From NCBI GenBank assembly GCA_028693705.1, contig JAQUUX010000004.1:779-64778 (forward strand): a DNA stretch of 64,000 bases. The letters are read 5' to 3'. Origin of the DNA: Lachnospiraceae bacterium. Lineage in GTDB: Bacteria; Bacillota; Clostridia; Lachnospirales; Lachnospiraceae. The number at the start of each line of letters is the position of its first letter. The first letter of the stretch is position 1. This document shows, piece by piece, positions 1 through 9,654 of this stretch. Under the pieces are notes generated by a model. That model did not search any database, was not told where the DNA came from, and saw nothing but the letters and a program-made list of their open reading frames with translations. A program made the position numbers and the translations under genes.

Positions 1-1817
1 CGAACATTCCGATTATTGCTAAACCAAATGCAGGTCTGCCGGAAGTGGATGCCGAAGGGAATACGGTATACGCTATGGCACCTGAAGAATTCGCGAAGAG
101 CATGATACCGATGCTGGAGGCCGGTATTACGATTGCGGGTGGCTGTTGTGGAACAACACCTGCACATATTGCTGCATTACATAAGGAAATGCAGGCATTT
201 CAGCAACCTGGTATAGAAGAAAAAGTACCAAGAAAGTCCAGTCAGAAGCGTTATCTGGCATCAGAACGCAGACCTCTTATATTCGGGTTGAATGATCCGT
301 TTATGGTAGTAGGGGAACGAATTAACCCAACGGGGAAGAAAAAGCTGCAGGCTGAGCTGTTAGAGGGTAAACTGGACATGGTAGCCAGATTTGCCGAGGA
401 GCAGGAAGCAAATGGAGCAGCTGTTCTGGATGTAAATGTGGGTATGAGCGGTGTTGACGAAAAGTCATTATTTTTATCCGTGATGGAAGAAGTTATGAAT
501 GTTACCAATCTGCCCCTTAGTATTGATTCGAGTCATGTGGAAGTATTGGAAGCAGCACTTAGAGTTTATCCCGGACGAGCTTTGATTAACTCCATTTCCA
601 TGGAAACGGAAAAGCTGGAAAAGATGCTTCCTATTGCAGCAAAATATGGAGCTATGTTTATTTTACTGCCCTTATCGGATGCAGGATTGCCGAAGGACCT
701 GGCTGAGAAAAAACAGATTATCAAAACCATTACCCAAAAAGCTATTGGTCTTGGAATGAGCAAACAGGATATTGTGGTGGATGGTCTGGTGGCAACTGTT
801 GCTGCCAATCCGGGTGCTGCAAGAGAGACACTGGAGACAATTAAATATTGTAAGGAAAACCAGTATCCGACTATTTGCGGTTTGTCAAACATATCATTTG
901 GTCTGCCAGAGAGAAGCTTTGTTAATACAGCCTTTTTGACCATGGCTATTCAGAATGGTTTAACCATGGCAATTGCAAACCCAAACCAGGAAATGCTTAT
1001 GTGTGCCGCTTTTGCTTCTGATCTGCTATGCCAAAAAGAGGAATCGGATACAAATTATATTACCTATATGAATGCTTATAAAGAGCGTCATGTTGATGAG
1101 GTTACCGTTTCAAAGACTAATATAAACACTGTAAAAACAGATGATGTTTCCAAGTCAGAGGCTGATTTGACCGCATCATTATCTGATGAAGAACGGAAGG
1201 TGTATCATGCTGTTCTAAAAGGAAATAAAAGAGAAGTTATTACTTTAACAGCAGAGGCTGTACAACAGAATATTCAACCTAAGGAGTTGTTGGATAATGT
1301 GTTGCTGCCTGCCATTAATCAGGTGGGAGATTTGTTTGATAAAGGAAAATATTTCCTTCCACAGCTGATTGCCAGTGCAGAAACCATGAAAAAGTCTATC
1401 GAATATCTGGAACCTTTTATGCAGGAATCAGGAGAGGCTACCAAGCTTCCTGTAATCGTTATTGCTACGGTAAAGGGAGATATCCATGATATTGGTAAGA
1501 ATTTGGTTGCCTTGATGCTGAAGAATTATGGTTTTCAGGTAATTGATCTTGGAAAAGATGTTTCCAGAGAGACTATTATCAATAAAGCAAAAGAGCATGG
1601 GGCAAGGATTATTGCTTTGTCAGCACTGATGACTACCACCATGCGGGAGATGAAAGAGGTCATTCAGTTAGGGAAAGAAAATGATCTGGATGTGAAGTTC
1701 ATGATCGGTGGTGCAGTTATTACCCAGGATTATGCGGATGAAATTGGTGCAGACGGATATTCACATGATGCAGCAGAGGCAGTTAAACTGGCACAGAGAC
1801 TGTTGCATATTTTATAG
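1..1817 (+). CDS. metH: Cobalamin-dependent methionine synthase MetH, 5'-truncated by the window edge. It ends right after the B12-binding domain, with no C-terminal AdoMet reactivation domain.
   Basis: The frame is open from nt 3 (NIPIIAKPNAGLPEVD precedes the ORF-track Met at 45). Domains in order: tail of the Hcy-methyltransferase domain (GGCCGTTP), pterin-binding domain (VVGERINPTGKK, LDVNVG), then B12 cap and Rossmann domain with the DIHDIGKN (DxHxxG) motif. Confidence 0.85.
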   Translation, partial: NIPIIAKPNAGLPEVDAEGNTVYAMAPEEFAKSMIPMLEAGITIAGGCCGTTPAHIAALHKEMQAFQQPGIEEKVPRKSSQKRYLASERRPLIFGLNDPFMVVGERINPTGKKKLQAELLEGKLDMVARFAEEQEANGAAVLDVNVGMSGVDEKSLFLSVMEEVMNVTNLPLSIDSSHVEVLEAALRVYPGRALINSISMETEKLEKMLPIAAKYGAMFILLPLSDAGLPKDLAEKKQIIKTITQKAIGLGMSKQDIVVDGLVATVAANPGAARETLETIKYCKENQYPTICGLSNISFGLPERSFVNTAFLTMAIQNGLTMAIANPNQEMLMCAAFASDLLCQKEESDTNYITYMNAYKERHVDEVTVSKTNINTVKTDDVSKSEADLTASLSDEERKVYHAVLKGNKREVITLTAEAVQQNIQPKELLDNVLLPAINQVGDLFDKGKYFLPQLIASAETMKKSIEYLEPFMQESGEATKLPVIVIATVKGDIHDIGKNLVALMLKNYGFQVIDLGKDVSRETIINKAKEHGARIIALSALMTTTMREMKEVIQLGKENDLDVKFMIGGAVITQDYADEIGADGYSHDAAEAVKLAQRLLHIL

Positions 1818-1835
1818 AATGAAGGAGGATTTCAA

Positions 1836-3461
1836 ATGATCGGATCTGATATTATGGTGAAATGTCTGGAAGAGGAAGGCGTTGAATTAGTCTTTGGCTA
1901 TCCTGGCGTTGCCATTTGTCCTTTTTATAACAGTATTTTAAATACGGATATTCGTACAGTATTGATTCGTACAGAACAAAATGCAGCACATGCTGCAAGC
2001 GGTTATGCCAGGAGTGCAGGCAAGGTTGGCGTATGCGCGGTTACCTCGGGACCGGGTGCAACCAACGTGATTACGGGTATTGCAACAGCTTTTGCCGACA
2101 GTATTCCGTTGGTAGTCATTACAGGTCAGGTAGAGTCAGAGCTGATCGGTTCTGATGTGTTTCAGGAAGCAGATATTACCGGAGCAGTAGAGTCCTTTGT
2201 AAAATACAGTTATCTGGTAAAAAATCCAAATGATATTGCGAGGGTTTTTAAAGAAGCGTTTTATATTGCCAATTCCGGCAGGAAAGGACCTGTCCTTATT
2301 GATATTCCAATTGATGTACAGAATGCAGCTGTTTCCAAATTTAAATATGACGGAGAAGTAAATCTTAGAACCTATAAGCCTACCGTAAATGGTAATATGG
2401 TACAGATCAAAAAGGTGCTGAAGGAACTTTCACGCAGTAAAAAGCCGATTATCTGTGTGGGCGGTGGTGTTCATCTGGGAGATGCCAGAAAAGAAGTTAT
2501 TGCTTTTGCTGAACAGTATCAGATTCCTGTTGTTTCCACAATGATGGGAATTGGCGTAATGCCAACGAACCATCCGTTATATTTTGGAATGGTTGGAAAT
2601 AATGGTAAGCCTTACGCCAACAAGGCAATGAACAAAGCAGATTTGATCATGATGGTAGGAGCAAGGCTTGCGGATCGTGCAATCAGTCAGCCTGACTTGA
2701 TTACAGAAAATAAAGTACTGATTCATATTGATGTAGACCCGGCAGAAATTGGCAAAAACGCAGGGCCTACTGTACCGCTCGTTGGTGAAGTGGGACATAT
2801 TTTCAAAGATTTACTGGATTTGGATGGCTCGGCAGTGGATACTGATCATACTGACTGGCTGGAAAATCTTTATGTTTACAAAAAGGGTATGAACGCGATC
2901 AGGGAATCCAATTCGGATTATATTGATCCTGCTTCATTCATTCATACACTTTCCGCTAAAGTAGAAGAAGATGCTATTTATGTTGCTGATGTGGGACAAA
3001 ATCAAATTTGGTCCTGTGATAATTATGTGGTACAGAAGGGAATATTTCTTACCTCGGGTGGTATGGGAACCATGGGATATTCCATCCCTGCCGCTATGGG
3101 AGCTAAGATGGCTGCACCGGGCGTTCAGGTCATTGCTGCCTGCGGTGATGGTGCTTTCCAGATGTCAATGATGGAGCTGGCAACCATTACACAGTATAAG
3201 GTACCGGTAAAAATTATTGTTTTCAGAAATAATTATCTGGGTATGGTACGTGAATATCAGCACAAAACTTATAAGGATCATTATTCTGTAGTAGATATTT
3301 CCGGGGCACCGGATCTGGGTAAAATTGCAGAAGCGTATGATATTCCTTATTTAAAATTGGAAAAGGAAGCAGATACAGACAGCATATTGAATCAGTTCTT
3401 AAAGAAGGATGATACTTTCATGTTGGAAGTTGTGATTGATCCGGAAGCTTGTGTGAAATAG
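1836..3461 (+). CDS. ilvB: Acetolactate synthase (AHAS) large catalytic subunit
   Basis: 541-aa ORF with an AAGGAGG RBS upstream. ThDP-enzyme motifs are present: GYPG, TSGPGATN, and GGMGTMGYSIPAAMGA...GDGAFQM. It is followed by AHAS small subunit genes and ilvC. Confidence 0.9.
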   Translation: MIGSDIMVKCLEEEGVELVFGYPGVAICPFYNSILNTDIRTVLIRTEQNAAHAASGYARSAGKVGVCAVTSGPGATNVITGIATAFADSIPLVVITGQVESELIGSDVFQEADITGAVESFVKYSYLVKNPNDIARVFKEAFYIANSGRKGPVLIDIPIDVQNAAVSKFKYDGEVNLRTYKPTVNGNMVQIKKVLKELSRSKKPIICVGGGVHLGDARKEVIAFAEQYQIPVVSTMMGIGVMPTNHPLYFGMVGNNGKPYANKAMNKADLIMMVGARLADRAISQPDLITENKVLIHIDVDPAEIGKNAGPTVPLVGEVGHIFKDLLDLDGSAVDTDHTDWLENLYVYKKGMNAIRESNSDYIDPASFIHTLSAKVEEDAIYVADVGQNQIWSCDNYVVQKGIFLTSGGMGTMGYSIPAAMGAKMAAPGVQVIAACGDGAFQMSMMELATITQYKVPVKIIVFRNNYLGMVREYQHKTYKDHYSVVDISGAPDLGKIAEAYDIPYLKLEKEADTDSILNQFLKKDDTFMLEVVIDPEACVK

Positions 3462-3526
3462 TATAAATAAGTTATACAATTCGAAGAATTAAAACAATAT
3501 ATGATCTGCTAATTGAAAGGAGAAAT

Positions 3527-4012
3527 ATGAAACGTATATATTCCGTTTTGGTAGAAAACAGATCCGGTGTTTTGTGCAAGGTAGCCGGTCTTTTCTCCAG
3601 AAGATGTTTTAATATCGACAGTCTGGCCGTTGGTGAAACAGACGATCATGCGGTATCGTGCATGACTATTGTCAGTTCTGGTGATGAGCGTACCATTGAA
3701 CAGATTGAAAAGCAGTTAAATAAAAAACTGGATGTTATTAAAGTAAAGACTTTTGATGAAAATTCCAGCGTCAGCAGGGAATTAATGCTGATAAAAGTAA
3801 AATATAATAAATCTACCAGAAAAGAGATCATGGAAATCTGTGACATTATGAAGGCACAGATAGTGGATATGTCTAAGCGTCAGATGATCATCCAGATCTG
3901 CGATACGCCGGAAAAAATCCAGTTGTTAATACATATGTTACAGTCTATCAGCATTGTGGAAGTAGCACGTACCGGTACCCTGGCATTACCTAAATGTGCC
4001 GATACAGATTGA
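3527..4012 (+). CDS. ilvN: Acetolactate synthase small (regulatory) subunit, copy 1
   Basis: 161 aa. N-terminal ACT domain (SVLVENRSGVLCKVAGLFSRRCFNIDSL) plus the C-terminal small-subunit domain. GGAG RBS upstream. Sits directly after ilvB. Confidence 0.85.
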   Translation: MKRIYSVLVENRSGVLCKVAGLFSRRCFNIDSLAVGETDDHAVSCMTIVSSGDERTIEQIEKQLNKKLDVIKVKTFDENSSVSRELMLIKVKYNKSTRKEIMEICDIMKAQIVDMSKRQMIIQICDTPEKIQLLIHMLQSISIVEVARTGTLALPKCADTD

Positions 4013-4085
4013 TTGCGGGAACTTTTCAGACCACGTGATTATATCAGCTATTACCATTTGGAATATGCTTTAACACGTCAAATCG

Positions 4086-4114
4086 TTGACTTTTCAGCAG
4101 GCGATTGATAGAAT
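4086..4114 (+). promoter_or_regulatory. Candidate sigma-A promoter inside the ilv cluster: TTGACT, 17-nt spacer, TAGAAT
   Basis: -35 TTGACT at 4086-4091, 17-nt spacer, -10 TAGAAT at 4109-4114. It lies in the 192-nt gap between the two small-subunit genes. Confidence 0.5.
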
Positions 4115-4204
4115 GTGAAATATGCCACATAAATCTTCTGGATATTTGAAATGTGCATATATGTGGTTTATGTATAATCTTCAATAGAAAGGTATGGTCC
4201 GACG

Positions 4205-4714
4205 ATGAGAAAAAAAGTATTTCAGCTTCTGGTTGATAATACTTCTGGTGTATTAAGCCGTATATCCGGTTTGTTTGCCAGACGTGGTTATAATATTGAG
4301 AGCATCACGGCAGGCCTTACATCAGATGAAAATGTTACCCGTATTACCATAGTTGCATCGGGTGACGATGAGATATTGGATCAGATTGAAAAGCAGGTTG
4401 CGAAGCTGGTGGATGTTCGTGAAATACAGGAACTAAAGCCGGATGACAGTGTATACAGAGAACTTTGTCTGATCAAAGTAAAAGCATCAGCAGAACAGAG
4501 ACAGGGTGTTATTTCCATAGCAGATATTTTCCGTGCGAAGATTATCGATGTATCGCCGGAAAGCCTGATTGTGGAACTGACTGGAAATCAGTCAAAAATA
4601 GACGCGTTTATCAGCCTGTTATCATCTTTTGAAATATTAGAACTGGCGAGAACAGGTATTGCAGGTTTATCAAGAGGCCTTGGATATGAATCGTTTATGG
4701 AAGGTAGACTTTAA
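4205..4714 (+). CDS. ilvN: Acetolactate synthase small (regulatory) subunit, copy 2 (paralog)
   Basis: 169 aa. ACT domain (QLLVDNTSGVLSRISGLFARRGYNIESI) plus the C-terminal domain. Clearly homologous to, but diverged from, the ORF at 3527-4012. Confidence 0.85.
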   Translation: MRKKVFQLLVDNTSGVLSRISGLFARRGYNIESITAGLTSDENVTRITIVASGDDEILDQIEKQVAKLVDVREIQELKPDDSVYRELCLIKVKASAEQRQGVISIADIFRAKIIDVSPESLIVELTGNQSKIDAFISLLSSFEILELARTGIAGLSRGLGYESFMEGRL

Positions 4715-4746
4715 GGGAGACCTTTTAGCATAAAATTATTAATTAA

Positions 4747-5794
<1,048 letters not shown>

Positions 5795-5796
<2 letters not shown>

Positions 5797-6424
5797 ACTG
5801 CAGTTTAGTAACTCAAAAAAATAATGTTTATAATGAGACGGCAATGGTGTGGGTGTGTATCCTTCCATTGCCGTTTACACGTATAAGAGCCGCTACATCA
5901 TTCCACGAAGATACTTGCCCTTTAACGCTAACGGCCCCAATCGCCATCCTGGCTCTAAGGGGCCTTTCAAGCCATTTATGGCTTTGGCATCCATGCCCGG
6001 AATAGCTGGGTTACGACTGGAATGATTAGCGGCTCTAATACGTGCGCTCAGGCAATAGAAGAATACACACCCGCACCACTGCCTGTTCATTACATTCGCT
6101 ATTCTTTTCAAGTTGCCAATCTACAGTTAGTCCAGTCTGTAGCTGAGGCCAGGCTATTGCAAATTTTCAGTTGCCGTAACTGGGGTCTTTGCGCCCCAGG
6201 GCACCGCAAACGGTAGCTTGAAGGAAATAAACATTGCCGTAAAACGAGGTTCAGCCGTGTATCGTATGCGAACAAGCACTGTAAACACGTCTGTACTTAG
6301 TTCGCGTCTTGTGCGAACTTATGTACAGCTACGTGTTTACCGTAGTGAGAACGGGCTTGTGAGCATATGATACACGGCTGAACCGTCACTTTACATCAAT
6401 CTTTATTCCTTTAAACTGCAGTTT
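5795..6424 (+). repeat. Copy A of a non-coding, palindrome-rich repeat element of about 630 bp, unclassified. It could be a structured RNA gene or a non-autonomous mobile element.
   Basis: Bounded by the perfect palindrome AAACTGCAGTTT at 5795-5806 and 6413-6424. Full-length homolog at 51177-51787 and a partial inverted homolog at 9302-9570. Giant imperfect hairpins at 5846-6077 and about 6209-6424. No credible ORF. Confidence 0.9.
6248..6384 (+). repeat. 137-nt imperfect hairpin, the near-invariant core of the repeat element (copy A)
   Basis: GGTTCAGCCGTGTATCGTATGC (6248-6269) pairs with GCATATGATACACGGCTGAACC (6363-6384). Inner stem GTAAACACGT / ACGTGTTTAC, with the apex around TCTTG near 6308. 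The same asymmetric bulges occur in all three copies. Confidence 0.85.
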
Positions 6425-7341
6425 TATTGCTGATATTGATTCATAAAGGTAAGAAATTCTTCCACAGCAGGATTCTGGCTGATCTTGGATAAGGCAGCAA
6501 ATCCGATCTTACGGGAAGGAATGGCTTCATCCAGGTTATATTCCAGAAGTTCACCGGAGGCCAGTTCTTTTTCTACAAATTCTCTGATGACACAGGCAAT
6601 TCCCAGATCTGTTTTAGCAAAATCAATCAAAAGATCCATGGTGGAAAGTTCAATGATATTTTCGGGGTGGAGAAGCGGTAGCCTTAAATGCTGCTGAACG
6701 AACTGACGGGACATATTTTGCTCATCCAATAACAAAAAGGTTGCATTTTCTTCAATACTGCCGGCAGTGGAGCCCATTCGTTCCATCAGATTATGATAGT
6801 ATGCAGGAGAAGTTACAAACATATCATGAATTTCCCGAAGAGGTGTAAATGCGATGCCGGCTGCATTTCCGGCAGCTTCTTCCGGTTCACCGATTAAACC
6901 AATGTCGGCTTTTCCATTTTTCAGTTTTTCAATTGTACCATAGCTGTTTTGACAGGAAATTGTGATTTTAATGTGAGGATGATTTTTGATAAATTCTTTT
7001 AACATGGGAAGTAATACAAATTTGCAAAGTGTAGAACTGACGCCAATGGTGATTTCGCCCATTCCAAGCTCATTCCTGCGATTTAAAAGATCCTCGCCAT
7101 ATTGCAGGGATCTTAGCGCTTCGTTTACCTGCTGAAATAGTATTTCACCTTCGGCAGTCAGCTTCACGCCTCTGGAATTGCGGTAAAATAGTTTTGTATC
7201 CAGTGCACTTTCCAATTTGCTGATAGATTTTGAAACTGCCGGCTGGCTGATGAAAAGTTCCTTTGCTGCTGCAGATATATTTTTTGTAGCGGCAACTTTA
7301 TAAAACACTTGATATAAGTTCAGGTTATCAAAAGCTTTCAT
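6424..7341 (-). CDS. LysR-family transcriptional regulator
   Basis: 305 aa. N-terminal wHTH (ISAAAKELFISQPAVSKSISKLE) plus a LysR substrate-binding domain. Divergent from leuCD and convergent with ilvC. Confidence 0.85.
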   Translation of the reverse strand: MKAFDNLNLYQVFYKVAATKNISAAAKELFISQPAVSKSISKLESALDTKLFYRNSRGVKLTAEGEILFQQVNEALRSLQYGEDLLNRRNELGMGEITIGVSSTLCKFVLLPMLKEFIKNHPHIKITISCQNSYGTIEKLKNGKADIGLIGEPEEAAGNAAGIAFTPLREIHDMFVTSPAYYHNLMERMGSTAGSIEENATFLLLDEQNMSRQFVQQHLRLPLLHPENIIELSTMDLLIDFAKTDLGIACVIREFVEKELASGELLEYNLDEAIPSRKIGFAALSKISQNPAVEEFLTFMNQYQQ

Positions 7342-7447
7342 AAAAACTCCTTTTTCGTCAATAATTTGTAAATTGAGCTATATGTTATTGAAAATAGCAG
7401 ATTGTGACATTAAAAACTTTTTTCAAGCAGATTATACCATAAATGAA

Positions 7448-7466
7448 ATTCATAGCAAACATGAAT
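7448..7466. promoter_or_regulatory. Candidate operator palindrome ATTCAT-N7-ATGAAT in the LysR/leuC divergent intergenic region
   Basis: Perfect 6-bp inverted arms, ATTCATAGCAAACATGAAT. It sits between the LysR start (7341) and the leuC start (7532). Confidence 0.3.
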
Positions 7467-7531
7467 AATATGTATTTGAGTAATAAATGCACCGATGGTA
7501 AGATAGAAGAATCGTAAGGAGGATTTTAACT

Positions 7532-8794
7532 ATGGGTATGACAATGACACAAAAAATTCTGGCTGCACATGCCGGACTTGATAGAGTGGAAGCAGGTCAG
7601 CTGATCGAAGCAGACCTGGACCTGGTACTGGGAAATGATATTACCAGTCCGGTTGCTATCAAGGAAATGGAAAAAATGAATGTTCAGACAGTGTTTGATA
7701 AGGATAAAATCGCACTGGTTCCTGATCACTTTGTTCCCAACAAGGATATTAAATCTGCAGAACATTGCAAATGCGTTCGAGAATTTGCTTATCGGAATCA
7801 GATCACCAATTATTTTGAAGTGGGACAGATGGGCATAGAACATGCTTTACTGCCTGAAAAAGGTCTGACTGTTGCAGGTGACGTTATTATTGGTGCAGAC
7901 TCACATACATGTACTTATGGAGCACTGGGAGCCTTCTCTACAGGAGTTGGTTCTACTGATATGGCTGCCGGTATGGTAACTGGAAAAGCATGGTTTAAAG
8001 TACCAAGTGCTATTCGTTTTGTATTAACCGGAAAACCTGCAAAATGGATTAGCGGAAAAGATATTATTTTACATATCATAGGCATGATCGGTGTGGATGG
8101 AGCGCTTTATAAATCCATGGAGTTTACCGGAGACGGTATCCAGTATTTGACTATGGATGATCGCTTTACAATTTCCAATATGGCCATTGAAGCAGGTGGA
8201 AAAAATGGTATTTTCCCTGTAGATGATGCGGCTGTTGCCTATATGAAGGAGCATTCCAAGAAGACCTACACCGTTTATGAAGCAGATGAAGATGCGATAT
8301 ATGATGAGACATATATAATTGATCTATCCAAACTGGAGCCAACAGTTTCTTTTCCTCATTTACCGGAAAACACTCATACAGTTCCTTCTATTACTGAGCC
8401 AATTAAGATTGATCAGGTAGTAATCGGATCCTGTACCAACGGACGTTTGAATGATATGAGAATTGCTGCCGGTATTTTAAAGGACAGACATGTAGCTGAA
8501 GGTATGCGCTGCATCATTCTTCCCGCTACTCAGGCCATTTATCTTCAGGCAATGGAAGAAGGTCTGCTTAAGATTTTTATTGAAGCAGGTGCTGTAGTAA
8601 GTACGCCTACTTGCGGACCATGTCTTGGCGGTTATATGGGTATTCTGGCTGAAGGTGAACGTTGTGTATCAACCACCAACAGAAATTTTGTAGGCAGAAT
8701 GGGACATGTAAAATCTGAAGTTTATCTTGCAAGTCCGGCTGTTGCCGCTGCAAGTGCGATTACCGGAAAGATTTCAAGTCCGGAGGAATTATAG
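7532..8794 (+). CDS. leuC: 3-isopropylmalate dehydratase large subunit
   Basis: 420 aa, aconitase-family. Contains GADSHT, and the Fe-S ligand cysteines in IGSCTNGR and [14 protein letters not shown] is 9 nt upstream. Confidence 0.9.
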   Translation: MGMTMTQKILAAHAGLDRVEAGQLIEADLDLVLGNDITSPVAIKEMEKMNVQTVFDKDKIALVPDHFVPNKDIKSAEHCKCVREFAYRNQITNYFEVGQMGIEHALLPEKGLTVAGDVIIGADSHTCTYGALGAFSTGVGSTDMAAGMVTGKAWFKVPSAIRFVLTGKPAKWISGKDIILHIIGMIGVDGALYKSMEFTGDGIQYLTMDDRFTISNMAIEAGGKNGIFPVDDAAVAYMKEHSKKTYTVYEADEDAIYDETYIIDLSKLEPTVSFPHLPENTHTVPSITEPIKIDQVVIGSCTNGRLNDMRIAAGILKDRHVAEGMRCIILPATQAIYLQAMEEGLLKIFIEAGAVVSTPTCGPCLGGYMGILAEGERCVSTTNRNFVGRMGHVKSEVYLASPAVAAASAITGKISSPEEL

Positions 8795-8814
8795 TAAACA
8801 GAAAGGGATTAAAC

Positions 8815-9303
8815 ATGAAAGCAGCAAAAGGTAGTGTTTTTAAATATGGAGATAATGTGGATACAGATGTTATTATTCCTGCGAGATATCTGAACTCTTC
8901 AGATCCTGCAGAATTAGCAGAGCACTGTATGGAAGATATTGATAAAGATTTTATTCATTCAGTAAAAAAAGGAGACTTAATCGTAGCAGAGAAAAACTTC
9001 GGCTGCGGTTCCTCTAGAGAGCATGCGCCGATTGCTATTAAAGCAGCCGGTGTGAGCTGTGTTATTGCAGAAACTTTTGCCAGAATTTTTTATCGTAACT
9101 CTATTAATATAGGTCTTCCGATCATTGAATGTCCGGAAGCTGCAAAAGCAATTCAGAACGGTGATGAAGTAGAAGTGGATTTTGATTCCGGAATGATCAC
9201 TGATGTAACAACCGGTAAACAGTTTAAAGGACAGGCATTTCCGCCTTTTATGCAGAAAATTATTGATGCAGAGGGATTGATTAACTACATTAATATGAAA
9301 TAA
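8815..9303 (+). CDS. leuD: 3-isopropylmalate dehydratase small subunit
   Basis: 162 aa. Aconitase swivel domain ([27 protein letters not shown]). Directly follows leuC. Confidence 0.9.
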   Translation: MKAAKGSVFKYGDNVDTDVIIPARYLNSSDPAELAEHCMEDIDKDFIHSVKKGDLIVAEKNFGCGSSREHAPIAIKAAGVSCVIAETFARIFYRNSINIGLPIIECPEAAKAIQNGDEVEVDFDSGMITDVTTGKQFKGQAFPPFMQKIIDAEGLINYINMK

Positions 9304-9570
9304 ACTGCAGGTTAAAGAAATAAGGATTGACGTAAAGTGACGGTTCAGCCGTGTATCATATGCTCACAAGCCCGTTTTCACTACGGTAAACACGTAGCTG
9401 TACATAAGTTCGCACAAGACGCGAACTAAGTACAGACGTGTTTACAGTGCTTGTTCGCATACGATACACGGCTGAACCTCGTTTTACGGCAATATTTATT
9501 TTCTTTAAGCTACAGTTTGTGGTGCCCTGGGGCGCAAAGACCTCAATTACGGCAGGTGAAAAATTGCAAC
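9302..9570 (-). repeat. Copy C of the repeat element: the 3' palindromic module plus about 70 nt, inverted relative to copies A and B
   Basis: This is the reverse complement of about 6150-6424. The core (9343-9479) differs from copy A at 1 position. It starts as AAACTGCAGGTT, overlapping the leuD TAA (9301-9303). Homology ends near 9569. Confidence 0.9.
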
Positions 9571-9654
9571 AGTTTGCAGAACTTGAAAATACTTTCCCAA
9601 ATATGTTACCATACCTTTATTGTTCAGAAAGTGGAGAAAAAACAATTGAAACAT

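Noticed and set aside
5893-6111. 72-aa minus-strand ORF inside repeat copy A.
   Set aside because: No equivalent intact ORF is listed in copy B, there is no RBS, and it lies in the variable interior of the big hairpin.
6022-6216. 64-aa ORF inside repeat copy A, with a positional homolog of 72 aa at 51387-51605 in copy B. It could have been an element-encoded small protein.
   Set aside because: Neither ATG has a usable RBS. Most nucleotide differences between the two copies change the amino acid (S/R, G/R, I/M, E/G, A/V, H/R, R/C, Q/K, V/P, Q/R, E/K and others), with very few synonymous changes. The C-termini differ in length, and the frame runs along hairpin arms. The pattern fits structural rather than coding constraint.
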